Virus record (IMG/VR): IMGVR_UViG_3300034073_000667
Location: 1-58,956 of that record
Length of the DNA: 58,956 nt
DNA from: a virus
Taxonomy: Duplodnaviria > Caudoviricetes
Reading direction: 5' to 3' (one strand)
Below the pieces are notes generated by a model, which ran no database searches, was not told the DNA's origin, and was given only the letters and a program-made list of their open reading frames with translations. This document shows positions 45,277 through 54,728 of this stretch, piece after piece; position 1 is the first letter of the stretch, and every line of letters starts with the position of its first letter. Both the position numbers and the translations under genes were made by a program.

Positions 45277-46722
45277 GTGTATACCGGCTATTCGTTCTAT
45301 GACCGGCCGCTAGCGCAGCGCACCGTTTCTAGGGTCAATGACCCCAACACTGCTTGGTACGCGCAAGAGCCGCACTGGATCTTGATCGAGGATCTGCTGC
45401 AGGGCACCTACGGGATGCGCAAAAAGCATCGCCGTTACCTGCCGCAAGAGCCACGCGAGCTGGACGAGTCCTACGACAACCGCCTAGCCCGTAGCGTCTG
45501 CCCGCCGTATTACATCCGCCTTGAGCGCATGCTGGCCGGCATGCTCACCCGCAAGCCTGTCCGGCTGGATGACACCGCCGACGCAATCCGCGAGCAACTG
45601 TTTGACGTAGACCTGCAAGGCAATGACCTCAACGTCTGGACCTATGAAGCCGCCCGCAAAATGGTCCGTTATGGCCATGTTGGTACATTGGTGGATGCAC
45701 CTGCTAATGGGGGTCGCCCCTATTGGGTGACATACACACCCCGACAGATCCTTGGCTGGCGCACCGAGACGCAAGAGGGCCGGCAGGTCTTGACACAGCT
45801 CCGGCTGGCGGAAGTGGTCACCGTCCCTGATGGTGAGTTTGGTGAGAAGGCGGTCGAGCAGGTGCGTGTGCTGACGCCTGGTGAGTACCGCATCCACCGC
45901 AAGCAGGACAGCGGTGAGTTCACGGTGGTCGATGAAGGCCGCACCAGCCTTAGCGAGATTCCGTTCACCATCGCCTACGCGCAGCGGCATGGCTTCATGG
46001 AGTCACGCCCGCCGCTGGAGGACATCGCAGAGCTCAACCTCAAGACCTATCAAGTGCAGTCGGACCTTGACAACCAACTGCATATCTCAGCGGTGCCGAT
46101 GCTGGCGTTTTACGGGTTCCCGTCAGCAGCGGAAGAAGTATCAGCAGGACCTGGCGAGGCGATCGCATTCCCAGCCGAAGGCCGCGCCGAGTACATCGAG
46201 CCTGCAGGCCGCAGCTTCGAGGCGCAATTCCGCCGGCTTGAGCAGCTTGCGTTGCAGATCAATGAGCTAGGGCTGTCGGCAGTGCTAGGCCAGAAGCTGA
46301 GCGCTGAGACCGCTGAGGCAAAGCGCATTGACCGCAGTCAAGGCGATAGCACCATGATGGTGATCGCGCAGAACATGCAGGACATGATCGACAACTGCCT
46401 GCAGTGGCATGCCACTTACCTCGGCAATGCAACTGCTGCTGGCAGCGCTTATGTGAACCGCGATTTCCTCGGCGCACGCCTTGAACCGCAGGATATTGCT
46501 GCGTTGCTGTCGCTGTACACCGCTGGCACCATCAGCCAAGAGACCCTGTTGCGTGAGCTGGCCGAGGGCGATGTACTGGGCGATAACTTTGATGTAGACG
46601 AGGAGCTGGAGGCCACATCCAATGCAGGGCTTGATCTACCGTCTGCTGGACAAGCTGACAGACTGGCTAGTGGAACTGATGATCTGGATGGAGCCGAAGA
46701 AGCCCAGGAAGCAGGAGCTTGA
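45277..46722 (+). CDS. Portal protein, DUF4055-like (block B)
   Basis: YLP.EP.E....Y..RL.R, DVDL.GN, PPL.DIAELN..Y..QSD and ETAEAKRID motifs. Confidence 0.88.
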   Translation: MYTGYSFYDRPLAQRTVSRVNDPNTAWYAQEPHWILIEDLLQGTYGMRKKHRRYLPQEPRELDESYDNRLARSVCPPYYIRLERMLAGMLTRKPVRLDDTADAIREQLFDVDLQGNDLNVWTYEAARKMVRYGHVGTLVDAPANGGRPYWVTYTPRQILGWRTETQEGRQVLTQLRLAEVVTVPDGEFGEKAVEQVRVLTPGEYRIHRKQDSGEFTVVDEGRTSLSEIPFTIAYAQRHGFMESRPPLEDIAELNLKTYQVQSDLDNQLHISAVPMLAFYGFPSAAEEVSAGPGEAIAFPAEGRAEYIEPAGRSFEAQFRRLEQLALQINELGLSAVLGQKLSAETAEAKRIDRSQGDSTMMVIAQNMQDMIDNCLQWHATYLGNATAAGSAYVNRDFLGARLEPQDIAALLSLYTAGTISQETLLRELAEGDVLGDNFDVDEELEATSNAGLDLPSAGQADRLASGTDDLDGAEEAQEAGA

Positions 46723-46939
46723 TTACACCGTTTGCGATTTGCCTGATGAAGTGCTAGCTGTCATCCGGCTGACATGGTACAAAAACGGCAAGGCTGATGA
46801 AGTGGATGAGCTGCGCATTATGGAAGACGGCCAGAACGGTTACGACGCCTTCGCTGCAGCAGTGCAGGGTGCATTAACCCGTGGCGCTAATGTCAGTATC
46901 AGGTCGCAGTATCGCCCTGAGCAACTTGGTGTCATCTAA
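46688..46939 (+). CDS. Hypothetical protein
   Basis: ORF between portal and gpF-like gene, TAATG-coupled to the latter; start uncertain. Confidence 0.55.
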   Translation: MEPKKPRKQELDYTVCDLPDEVLAVIRLTWYKNGKADEVDELRIMEDGQNGYDAFAAAVQGALTRGANVSIRSQYRPEQLGVI

Positions 46940-48138
46940 TGGCTACACCAGAGGCGCTATACCGCAATGCGATCGACCTAAACAGGTTCAGCAATAGCGT
47001 TGCGCGGCGCATCATTAATGCCTACAACGACATCATCATTGATGCAGTCAATCAACTGCGGACTATTGATGAGCTAGCCGCACCAGTTAAAGCTGCCAGG
47101 TTGCGGGCGATCCTTGCGCAACTCAAGGACAGCCTTGGCACCTGGGCGGGTGATGCAACCGAAATAACCGCAACCGAACTGCAAGGCATTGCGCAGTTGC
47201 AGTCTGAGTTTGTGGCCGAGCAGCTACGGCGTGCATTGCCTGCCGGTGCTCGTGACGCAGTGCGCACCGTTGAGATCAGCCCGCAGTTTGCGCAAAGCGT
47301 GGTCACAACCGACCCGACACAGCTCAACGTGGTAGCGCTCAGTGATGACCTGTTTGCTGCAGTGCAGGGCGCACCAACGACATTCAACCTGACCGCTGCG
47401 CAGGGTGCCACGATCACGCTGCCCAATGGTGAGGTAGTTACCAAGGCATTCCGTGGCATCGCCGTCGATCAGGCCGAGCGGTTCTCGCAGGTGGTGCGGC
47501 AAGGGCTGCTGACCGGTGAGACAACGCCAGCCATTGCTAAGCGACTGATCGGCAGCCTGCAGTTTGGCGAGGAGGCTAAGACTGTCAAACAGCTCATCGC
47601 CGCAGGCGGGCAGGCAACAGCAGTAGCCGACAACCAGGTCATCGCGCTAGTGCGCACCAGCATCAACCAAGTGGCAAATACCGCCAGCCAGCAGGTGTAT
47701 GAGGCGAACCAGGACATCACCAAGAAATACAGATACGTCGCCACGCTTGACACCCGCACCAGCGCGATCTGCCGAGCGCTTGATGGCCGTGAGTTTGAAT
47801 ACGGCAAAGGCCCATTGCCGCCGCTTCATTTTGGATGCCGCAGCACGACCGTGCCGGTCATTGACTACAAAGCCCTAGGTTTTACGCCACCGCCAGCAGG
47901 CACCCGCGCCAGCGCTGACGGGCAGGTGCCGGTTAACGAGTCCTACGGCCAGTGGCTGGCCAAGCAGCCGCTGGCGGTCAAGGCAAAGGCACTTGGCGCC
48001 AACAAGGTTGCATACTTCGACAAGCTATCGGCTAAGTACGGACCCAAGGACGCCATCGCCAAACTGGTACGCGACGACGGGTCAGAGCTAACCTTAGATC
48101 AGTTGCGGGCTCGATACGGTGCCGTTAAAGAAAGGTAG
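46939..48138 (+). CDS. Minor head morphogenesis protein (Mu gpF/SPP1 gp7 family)
   Basis: LVRTS, YVATLD.RTS.IC..LDG and PPLHFGCRS motifs. Confidence 0.88.
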   Translation: MATPEALYRNAIDLNRFSNSVARRIINAYNDIIIDAVNQLRTIDELAAPVKAARLRAILAQLKDSLGTWAGDATEITATELQGIAQLQSEFVAEQLRRALPAGARDAVRTVEISPQFAQSVVTTDPTQLNVVALSDDLFAAVQGAPTTFNLTAAQGATITLPNGEVVTKAFRGIAVDQAERFSQVVRQGLLTGETTPAIAKRLIGSLQFGEEAKTVKQLIAAGGQATAVADNQVIALVRTSINQVANTASQQVYEANQDITKKYRYVATLDTRTSAICRALDGREFEYGKGPLPPLHFGCRSTTVPVIDYKALGFTPPPAGTRASADGQVPVNESYGQWLAKQPLAVKAKALGANKVAYFDKLSAKYGPKDAIAKLVRDDGSELTLDQLRARYGAVKER

Positions 48139-48262
48139 CTCGCAGAAGACCATCTCAGCCAACATCAAAGCTGAGATGAAGGCCGGCAAGCCGCAAAAGC
48201 AAGCCGTCGCCATCGCCCTGTCCAAAGCCGGCAAAACCCGTAAACCCAAAGGTAAAAAGTGA
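48119..48262 (+). CDS. Small basic protein (47 aa; not in the ORF track)
   Basis: GTG start; [39 protein letters not shown]... Confidence 0.65.
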   Translation: MPLKKGSSQKTISANIKAEMKAGKPQKQAVAIALSKAGKTRKPKGKK

Positions 48263-48330
48263 TGCCTAAGTACACCGGACCTGCCAAGCCTCAAAAGCCC
48301 ATGCCCAAGAAAGGAGGCAAGAAGAAATGA
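48262..48330 (+). CDS. Lys/Pro-rich micropeptide (22 aa)
   Basis: [22 protein letters not shown], coupled by TGATG upstream and ATGA downstream. Confidence 0.45.
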   Translation: MPKYTGPAKPQKPMPKKGGKKK

Positions 48331-48548
48331 AACGCGGCGACCGGGTTAGCTGGAACTACCAAGGCACCCGCACCTTTGGCGTGATCACCAGCATTGGCGG
48401 CGAGCGGGCGACCATACCCACGCAGGGCGGTGGTAGCGTCACCCGCGTTGGCAGCATGGACGATCCGATCGTGCGGATCAAGTCCGAGTCAACCGGCAAC
48501 GCGGTGATTAAGAAGCGGTCAGAGCTGAAGCCTGCACCAAGGCGATGA
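48327..48548 (+). CDS. Tudor-like (DUF2945/HVA1-like) small protein
   Basis: KRGDRVSW..G..G.I...DDP.V.IKSE.TG..V.K..SEL. Confidence 0.65.
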   Translation: MKRGDRVSWNYQGTRTFGVITSIGGERATIPTQGGGSVTRVGSMDDPIVRIKSESTGNAVIKKRSELKPAPRR

Positions 48549-48817
48549 TCACCTATCGCGGCGAGCAGTTTGAGGGTTACAACAAACCCAAGCGCACGCC
48601 AAACCATCCGACCAAATCCCACGCGGTACTAGCCAAGGAAGGCGAGACCGTCAAGCTGATCCGGTTCGGGCAGCAAGGCGTCAGCGGCAGCCCACCGCGT
48701 AAAGGCGAGTCAGCAGCAGCCAAGGCCAGGCGGGCATCTTTCAAGGCAAGGCACGCCAGTAACATTGCTCGCGGGAAGATGTCCCCGGCTTGGTGGTCAA
48801 GCCAGGTGAAGTGGTAG
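48545..48817 (+). CDS. Small basic hypothetical protein
   Basis: KLIRFGQQG..RRASFKARH..SPAWWS..KW; ATGA-coupled. Confidence 0.65.
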   Translation: MITYRGEQFEGYNKPKRTPNHPTKSHAVLAKEGETVKLIRFGQQGVSGSPPRKGESAAAKARRASFKARHASNIARGKMSPAWWSSQVKW

Positions 48818-49004
48818 CCGCTTCCTGCCGGTGAATCCAGTCCTTTAGTTCAGCGACGTACCACCGCAGATCTTGCGCTTTGGCTGCATGCCAGCCGTTG
48901 CCGGTGCTGCGGTACAGGTGCTCATGGTGATCTATCGCATTGAGGCACGCCTTGATGACCGGATTCCACGGCTCACGAGTTGGTGTATCCCACTCCCTTG
49001 CCAT
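48741..49004 (-). CDS. Hypothetical protein (antisense within the head operon)
   Basis: MAREWDTPTREPWN.VI..CL.AID.H..; fills the gap before the scaffold gene. Confidence 0.5.
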   Translation of the reverse strand: MAREWDTPTREPWNPVIKACLNAIDHHEHLYRSTGNGWHAAKAQDLRWYVAELKDWIHRQEAATTSPGLTTKPGTSSREQCYWRALP

Positions 49005-49053
49005 AACCGTAGGGCTGATACGATGGCAGCGTAATTAAGCCTGCGGCTTATCC

Positions 49054-49734
49054 ATGTCTGATGAAACACAAACCCAAGAGCCTGCGGCTACCGGGGGTGA
49101 CAATACCGAAGTGCTGCAGCGCAGCGTCGAGGCACTTGAGCGCAAAAATAAAGAATTGATTTCAGAGTTGCGTGCTGCCAAAAAGGCGCCAGCATTGCCT
49201 GATGGCGTTGATGTCAACGAGCTGCTTGAGTTCAAGCGCAACTACGAGCAGCAGCAGCTTGAATCACAAGGCAAGTACCAAGAGGCACGGCAAGCGCTAG
49301 AGCAGCAGTTCCGTGAGGCGACAACCGAGAAGGACCATCGCATTGCTGCCTTGGAAAGCCGCGTCCGTGAGCTGGAGCTGGTCACGCCTGCAGTGACTGC
49401 GTTGGCTGACATCGTGCATGACCCTGACCTGGTGCTAAAAACCAAGCTGAGCGCTGATCAGATCGAACGCGATGCAGACGGCACTGTTGTAGTTGTCGAT
49501 GGCTACCAGCGCACACCCGTCAGCGAGTGGGCAAAAACCCTGCCGGCATGGATGCAAAAGCAACCCAAGCCGCAGGGCAGTGGCGCACCATCAGCCGGTG
49601 CCAGCACTGGCGGCATTCCGGCAGGGATGGCCAACCCATTTAGCCGTGAATCATTCAATCTGACTGAACAAGCGCGACTGTTCCGTACAGACCGTGATTT
49701 GTATGATCGCATGAAGGCAGCAGCTAACCGTTAA
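49054..49734 (+). CDS. Capsid scaffolding protein (block B)
   Basis: Coiled coil, GSGA linker and C-terminal NPF..ES.NLTEQ..L..D; precedes the capsid gene. Confidence 0.8.
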   Translation: MSDETQTQEPAATGGDNTEVLQRSVEALERKNKELISELRAAKKAPALPDGVDVNELLEFKRNYEQQQLESQGKYQEARQALEQQFREATTEKDHRIAALESRVRELELVTPAVTALADIVHDPDLVLKTKLSADQIERDADGTVVVVDGYQRTPVSEWAKTLPAWMQKQPKPQGSGAPSAGASTGGIPAGMANPFSRESFNLTEQARLFRTDRDLYDRMKAAANR

Positions 49735-49805
49735 GCTGCCTGCAACCGGCTGCGCTGGTGCTTTGGGTTGCGCCCACACCGTAAACCATTCCCCCGAGAT
49801 GAATC

Positions 49806-50831
49806 ATGGCGACTCTTCGCTCTGACATCATCATCCCAGAGGTTTTTACGCCTTACGTCATCGAGCAAACCACGCAGCGTGATGCCTTCCTGGCTAGCGG
49901 TGTGGTCCAGCCGATGGCTGAGCTGAATGCTACTGAGGGTGGTGACTTTATCAACGTCCCTTTCTGGAAAGCAAACCTTTCCGGTGACTTCGAGGTGCTG
50001 ACCGACAGCAGCTCGCTGACCCCCGGCAAGATCACTGCTGACAAGCAAGTTGGCGTCATCCTGCACCGTGGCCGTGCCTTTGAGGCTCGTGACCTGGCAG
50101 CTCTCGCTGCTGGTGCCGATCCCATGGCCGCTATCGGCGCCAAGATCGCTGACTACGTTGCCAACCAGCGCCAAAAGGACCTGCTGTCCTGCTTGGCCGG
50201 TGTGTTCGGCGCCCTGGGCAACAACGCGACTGCTCCCTTTGTGGACCTGTCGATTGACGGCCTGAGCGCTGACACCCCCACCGTGCTGAGCCCCCGTCAC
50301 GTCGCTGAAGCCCGCAGCCTGCTGGGCGATCAAGGCGACAAGCTGACCGCCGTGTGCATGCACTCCAAGGTCTACTACGACCTGGTTGAGCGTCGTGCTA
50401 TCGATTATGTCAGCACCGCTGAGGCTCGTGGCACCACCACCACCCAGTCGGGCGGTTCGATGGTTGCTGCTTACGGCGGTGAAGTGAACGTGCCGACCTA
50501 CATGGGTCTGCGCGTGATCGTGTCTGACGATGTGCAGACCGACGGCAGCGGCTCGACTACTGAGTACGCCACCTACTTCTTCACCCAGGGCGCTGTCGCT
50601 TCCGGCGAACAGCTCGCAATGCAGACTGAAACCGACCGTGACATCCTCGCCAAGAGCGATGCCATGTCGATCGACCTGCACTACTGCTACCACCCTGTTG
50701 GTGCCAAGTGGGGCGTCACCACGGTCAACCCGACTCGCGCTCAACTGGAGACCATCACTAACTGGTCGAAGGTGTACGAGACCAAGAACATTGGCATCGT
50801 GCGCGCCACCAACACCTCTAACTTCGATTGA
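49806..50831 (+). CDS. Major capsid protein (block B)
   Basis: SDIIIPEVF.PY, NVPFW, DPM.AIG..IADY, TYMGLRVIV.D and ETDRDIL motifs; strong codon bias. Confidence 0.9.
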   Translation: MATLRSDIIIPEVFTPYVIEQTTQRDAFLASGVVQPMAELNATEGGDFINVPFWKANLSGDFEVLTDSSSLTPGKITADKQVGVILHRGRAFEARDLAALAAGADPMAAIGAKIADYVANQRQKDLLSCLAGVFGALGNNATAPFVDLSIDGLSADTPTVLSPRHVAEARSLLGDQGDKLTAVCMHSKVYYDLVERRAIDYVSTAEARGTTTTQSGGSMVAAYGGEVNVPTYMGLRVIVSDDVQTDGSGSTTEYATYFFTQGAVASGEQLAMQTETDRDILAKSDAMSIDLHYCYHPVGAKWGVTTVNPTRAQLETITNWSKVYETKNIGIVRATNTSNFD

Positions 50832-50842
50832 GGTAACTAACC

Positions 50843-51262
50843 ATGGCTCAACCTTCCCAGTTTGAACTGTCCAACGAGCAGTACATCGTTGCTGACCACT
50901 ACATCGCCTCCTCGGTGGCTGATGTGCAGTTCTTTACCGCTCCGGTGAAGTGCGAAGTGGTCAGCATCCGCGAAGTGCATGCCGTTGCTGGTGATGACGC
51001 TGGCGCCGTTAGCGGCACCATCCGTCGTTGCCAAGGCACCGAAGCCGCCACTGCTGGCGACGACCTGCTCGGCACCACCAAAATCAACTTCAAGGGCACT
51101 GCTCTGACCGAGCAGAAGTTCGATGCTGCTGATTCTGGTGAGCTGACCAGCACCACCGCCAACCTGACCCTGGAGGCTGGCGATCGTCTGTCTCTGGACG
51201 TGACCGGCACCACCACCACCCTGGCTGGTGTGATCCTCAGCGTGCTGCTCAAGCGCGTCTGA
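50843..51262 (+). CDS. Putative capsid decoration protein
   Basis: Beta-rich ORF directly after the capsid gene with a GAGG SD and similar codon bias. Confidence 0.6.
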   Translation: MAQPSQFELSNEQYIVADHYIASSVADVQFFTAPVKCEVVSIREVHAVAGDDAGAVSGTIRRCQGTEAATAGDDLLGTTKINFKGTALTEQKFDAADSGELTSTTANLTLEAGDRLSLDVTGTTTTLAGVILSVLLKRV

Positions 51263-51373
51263 TGGGGCTGTTCGCTTTCCGGCGACTGCGTGAAAAGGAG
51301 GCTGCTGCTAACGCGGCGGCCTCTCTTTCTATGCCAGAGCCAACTCCTACACTGACCCCAGAGGTCCAGACCG

Positions 51374-51937
51374 ATGGCAGTAGTAATCGACGCAACAGTG
51401 GGCGGCGCAAACGCCAACAGCTACCTGACGCTGGCGGAAGCGACAGCGATTATTGATGGCTTTGTCGAGGACGCTGACGTTCAGCATTGGAACACAGGCA
51501 ACACTGATAGCCGCAACCGGGCGCTGTTTACTGCAACGCAACGGCTAGACCGCGAGCGGTTTCTTGGCGCACGGGCGACCGATACGCAGGCACTGCAGTG
51601 GCCACGTACGGGTGTGCGCAAGCCGGATACCTACATCAACACCTATGCGGTTGGGTTTCCGTTTCGCATCACGACGGACTACTTTACCGATACCGAGATT
51701 CCAACGCAGATCAAATACGCGCAGGCCGTGCTGGCGGTGTTCCTGCATAACAACACCAGCGCATTGGGGCTAAGCGGGCTTGAGGACTACAAAAACGTCA
51801 AAATCGGCAGCCTTGACGTGACGCCTAACCTTGGCTATGGCGCCGTTGGTGCGGATAAGGTGCCGCCGCTGATGGAGCGATACCTGATAGGGCTTAGAAT
51901 CAGTGGACCAGGCAACGTTTCCATCCGCAGGAGCTGA
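51374..51937 (+). CDS. Head-tail adaptor
   Basis: ANSYLT.AEA..ALF.AT..LD..QALQWPR..IP..IK.AQ pattern. Confidence 0.8.
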   Translation: MAVVIDATVGGANANSYLTLAEATAIIDGFVEDADVQHWNTGNTDSRNRALFTATQRLDRERFLGARATDTQALQWPRTGVRKPDTYINTYAVGFPFRITTDYFTDTEIPTQIKYAQAVLAVFLHNNTSALGLSGLEDYKNVKIGSLDVTPNLGYGAVGADKVPPLMERYLIGLRISGPGNVSIRRS

Positions 51938-51939
51938 TC

Positions 51940-52167
51940 ATGGGTTACGCCTACCCCGGCGCTGAGTTCATTGATGACACCTCAGCCCATACTGGGCGGT
52001 TTGGCAAGATCGTTGCCCTTGAGGATTCGGTGATCGCCAGCCTGACTGCACTGGACTACACCGGCAACACGCTGAGCGCCATTCCCTTTAATGCAAGCTG
52101 CGAAATGGAAGGCGTGTTTACCAGCATCACACTGACCAGCGGCACTGTCGTTGCTTACAAGCTCTGA
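51940..52167 (+). CDS. Small virion-associated hypothetical protein
   Basis: 75 aa ending in ITLTSGTVVAY; in the neck operon. Confidence 0.6.
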   Translation: MGYAYPGAEFIDDTSAHTGRFGKIVALEDSVIASLTALDYTGNTLSAIPFNASCEMEGVFTSITLTSGTVVAYKL

Positions 52168-52526
52168 TGGCACTGGCCTTATCGCTACAGAACGTTGCCA
52201 GCAAGATCATGGCAAAGCTGGGCGGTGAGGTCACGATCCGCCACATCACGCTGAGCAGCTACGACACCACAACCGGCGCTGTCACCGAGACCAATACGGA
52301 TGTTGGTGTCAGAGGCGTGCTGGAAGATGTCAATATCCGCGAGGTGAACGAACTGGTGCAGGCCGGCGATAAGCGGCTGATCGTGGCGGCAAAAGACCTG
52401 AACGGCACGGTGCCGACCACGGTTGATAAGGTGCTCATCAACAGCGTCGTGCATCAGATCATCCGCATCCAGACGATCGAGCAGGACAACACTGCGATTA
52501 CCTACGAGATGATCCTAAGAGCATGA
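52167..52526 (+). CDS. Head closure/stopper protein
   Basis: YD.TTG..VQAGDK.L pattern; synteny. Confidence 0.7.
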   Translation: MALALSLQNVASKIMAKLGGEVTIRHITLSSYDTTTGAVTETNTDVGVRGVLEDVNIREVNELVQAGDKRLIVAAKDLNGTVPTTVDKVLINSVVHQIIRIQTIEQDNTAITYEMILRA

Positions 52527-52927
52527 GTAACCTGCCCATCCGCGATATTGGCAACTACATGGGCGATCAGCTTGAGAAGTTGTTGCGTGTGACGGTGCTG
52601 GAGACTGATAGCAGGCTTAAGCAGCAAAGCCCGGTTGATACCGGCAGGTTCCGCTTTAGCTGGCAGATTGGCCAAAACGCAGCCGATGGCGTCCCTGCAC
52701 CTGAAGGCACCTACGGCGCAGGCATCACGCCGCCCAAAGGCAGCAATTACCAGCCAGGACAGGAGAAGCTAGGCAACTACTACAGCGTGCACAACAACCT
52801 GCCGTATGCTGAGTCCTTGGCGCAGGGCAGCAGCAAGCAGGCGCCGGCAGGATGGGTAGACCGCACAGCCCGTGAGATGCAAAACTTTGTCAACACGAAC
52901 TGGGAGCGCATCAGGAGGCAAGGCTGA
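52523..52927 (+). CDS. Tail completion protein (HK97 gp10-like)
   Basis: SPVDTGRFR.SW and NNLPYA..L..G.SKQAP.G motifs. Confidence 0.8.
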   Translation: MSNLPIRDIGNYMGDQLEKLLRVTVLETDSRLKQQSPVDTGRFRFSWQIGQNAADGVPAPEGTYGAGITPPKGSNYQPGQEKLGNYYSVHNNLPYAESLAQGSSKQAPAGWVDRTAREMQNFVNTNWERIRRQG

Positions 52928-53352
52928 TGGCTGCTGCAAACCTCAACACCATCCGTGCCACCATCGAGGCACGGCTTGCCACTGAGCTAGCGTTGTCGCC
53001 CGTGCTGCCGGTCGTGTTTCACAACCAGCCCTATGTACCGACGCCCAACAGCTCATGGGTGCAATGCCTGGTCAGCTTTGGGGCCAATGAGTACCTGACA
53101 CTTGGCGGGACCGCCGGCAGCAGCAACAGCATTATCGGCGTGGTAGCCATCAATATCTTCACGCCACTTGGCGTCGGACCTGGCGCTAACTTGACGATCG
53201 GTAAACGGATCAGGGACCTTTACAATAGGGTCATAGTCAGCGGTGTTCATTTTGACCCGCCGATCGGACCCGAGGTAGTGGCCGCGCCAGCACCGGAGGG
53301 TTTCTTCCAAACACAGGTCAGACTGACCTTTGAAACCTTCGAGGACCTCTAG
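52927..53352 (+). CDS. Tail terminator protein
   Basis: IE.RL..N....P...W..G...INIF.P.G.G; lies before the tail tube genes. Confidence 0.7.
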   Translation: MAAANLNTIRATIEARLATELALSPVLPVVFHNQPYVPTPNSSWVQCLVSFGANEYLTLGGTAGSSNSIIGVVAINIFTPLGVGPGANLTIGKRIRDLYNRVIVSGVHFDPPIGPEVVAAPAPEGFFQTQVRLTFETFEDL

Positions 53353-53354
53353 CC

Positions 53355-53771
53355 ATGGCTTTTTACCGAGGGCAGCAAGGCAGCGTCAAGTTTGATGATG
53401 CCGGTGCAACTGCCGCAGCAATCACCAGCACCCGTTCCTGGTCTCTGACCCTTGAGAAAGAGTCGCTGGACACCACCGCACTGGGCGCTACCTATCGTGC
53501 AAATGTCGGCGGCCTGATCAGCGGCAGCGGCACCTGCGAAGTGCTGTACACCGCCAGCAGTGCTGACGAGACCAACGTGTTCATCGAGCACGTCAACACC
53601 GTCAACGATGACGGCAGCGCCTTGTTTGAGCTGTACCTCGACACCACGGGCACCAAAAAGATCAGCTTTGATGGTGTGATCACCTCGGCCGAATACTCAG
53701 CTACCGTGGGTGAAATCGAAGTCATCACCCTGAACTTCGTTACCAACGGCACCGTCACCCTCGACATCTGA
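53355..53771 (+). CDS. Tail tube protein, paralog 1 (block B)
   Basis: WSL.....DTT..G.....GL.S.SG tube motif. Confidence 0.8.
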   Translation: MAFYRGQQGSVKFDDAGATAAAITSTRSWSLTLEKESLDTTALGATYRANVGGLISGSGTCEVLYTASSADETNVFIEHVNTVNDDGSALFELYLDTTGTKKISFDGVITSAEYSATVGEIEVITLNFVTNGTVTLDI

Positions 53772-53773
53772 TC

Positions 53774-54193
53774 ATGGCTTTTTATCGCGGGCAACAAGGC
53801 ACTGTCTTCTTTGATAAAGCTGGCAGTGGCGGCCTGTCTGAGATCGCTGCAGTGCGGTCTTGGACCATGACCGTTGAGAAGGAATCTCTTGATACTACAT
53901 CCCATGGCGCCACTTACCGCGCCAACGTGGGCGGGCTGATCAGCGGCACAGGCACCATTGAGGTGATGTACGACGCCCCCGGCGCTGGTGACAAGCTGGA
54001 CCTGATCAAAGATGCTAACCAGGCCACCGACGAGGCTGACGCAGCCGTTGAGCTGTATCTGGACGAAACCGGCGGCAAGAAGATCACCGGCACCATTGTG
54101 GTGACAAGTACTGAGTACTCCGCTACTGTTGGCGAGATCGAGATCATCACGATCAACTTCGTCTCCAGTGGAACCCTTACCCTGAGCATCTGA
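53774..54193 (+). CDS. Tail tube protein, paralog 2 (block B)
   Basis: Paralog of the previous gene (MAFYRGQQG, EKESLDTT, GATYRANVGGLISG, EYSATVGEIE). Confidence 0.8.
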   Translation: MAFYRGQQGTVFFDKAGSGGLSEIAAVRSWTMTVEKESLDTTSHGATYRANVGGLISGTGTIEVMYDAPGAGDKLDLIKDANQATDEADAAVELYLDETGGKKITGTIVVTSTEYSATVGEIEIITINFVSSGTLTLSI

Positions 54194-54549
54194 TGCCCGC
54201 CGCACAACGCCCGGTTGACCTGCTCGCCGGTGCATTTGACCTCAACCAGCGCCGAAAGTTCAGCATCAAGAATGATGCTGGTGATACGGTGCTGGACCTT
54301 TACTTTAAACCGATCACCCGCGCAGACCGCAAGCGGGCTAACAGCTTGGCAGGTTCTGATGAGGCACTGGAGATCAGCACCTACATGCTGTGCCAGATTG
54401 CCGAGTTGGAGAATGGCACCAAGGCATTCGCGCCGGCTGACGCAGCCAAACTGCAACGTGAGCTGCCTGAGCGCGTGCTGAACGAGCTGGAGCTGTTCCT
54501 GTTTGGTCTTGGCGACAGCAGCGGCATTGAGGAAGCAAAAAAAAGCTAG
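54193..54549 (+). CDS. Tail assembly chaperone gpG-like (block B)
   Basis: Between tube and tape measure; ends GCA AAA AAA AGC TAG. Confidence 0.75.
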   Translation: MPAAQRPVDLLAGAFDLNQRRKFSIKNDAGDTVLDLYFKPITRADRKRANSLAGSDEALEISTYMLCQIAELENGTKAFAPADAAKLQRELPERVLNELELFLFGLGDSSGIEEAKKS

Positions 54550-54719
54550 GCCAGGACAGCCTGCTCTTCTTTGAGTTCTTCCTGGCCACTGAGCTTGGTA
54601 TGACAGTCAGCCGGTTACGGACTGAGCTGACCGATGCTGAGTTTATCCATTTTGCAGCGTTTTACGAGATCAAAGGCGAGCGCGAGAAGGAAGCAATGGA
54701 CAAAGCCCGCCGCCGGTAA
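54537..54719 (+). CDS. Tail assembly chaperone gpT-like -1 frameshift extension (block B)
   Basis: The -1 frame from the A8 run encodes LGQDSLLFFEFFLATELGMTVSRLRTELTDAEFIHFAAFY... Confidence 0.75.
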   Translation, partial: KKKLGQDSLLFFEFFLATELGMTVSRLRTELTDAEFIHFAAFYEIKGEREKEAMDKARRR

Positions 54720-54728
54720 ACTGGTGCC

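Noticed and set aside
49731-50744. 337-aa antisense ORF over the capsid gene (and similar shadows such as 9838-10533 and 53492-54235)
   Set aside because: Mirror frames caused by strong GC3 codon bias; no motifs
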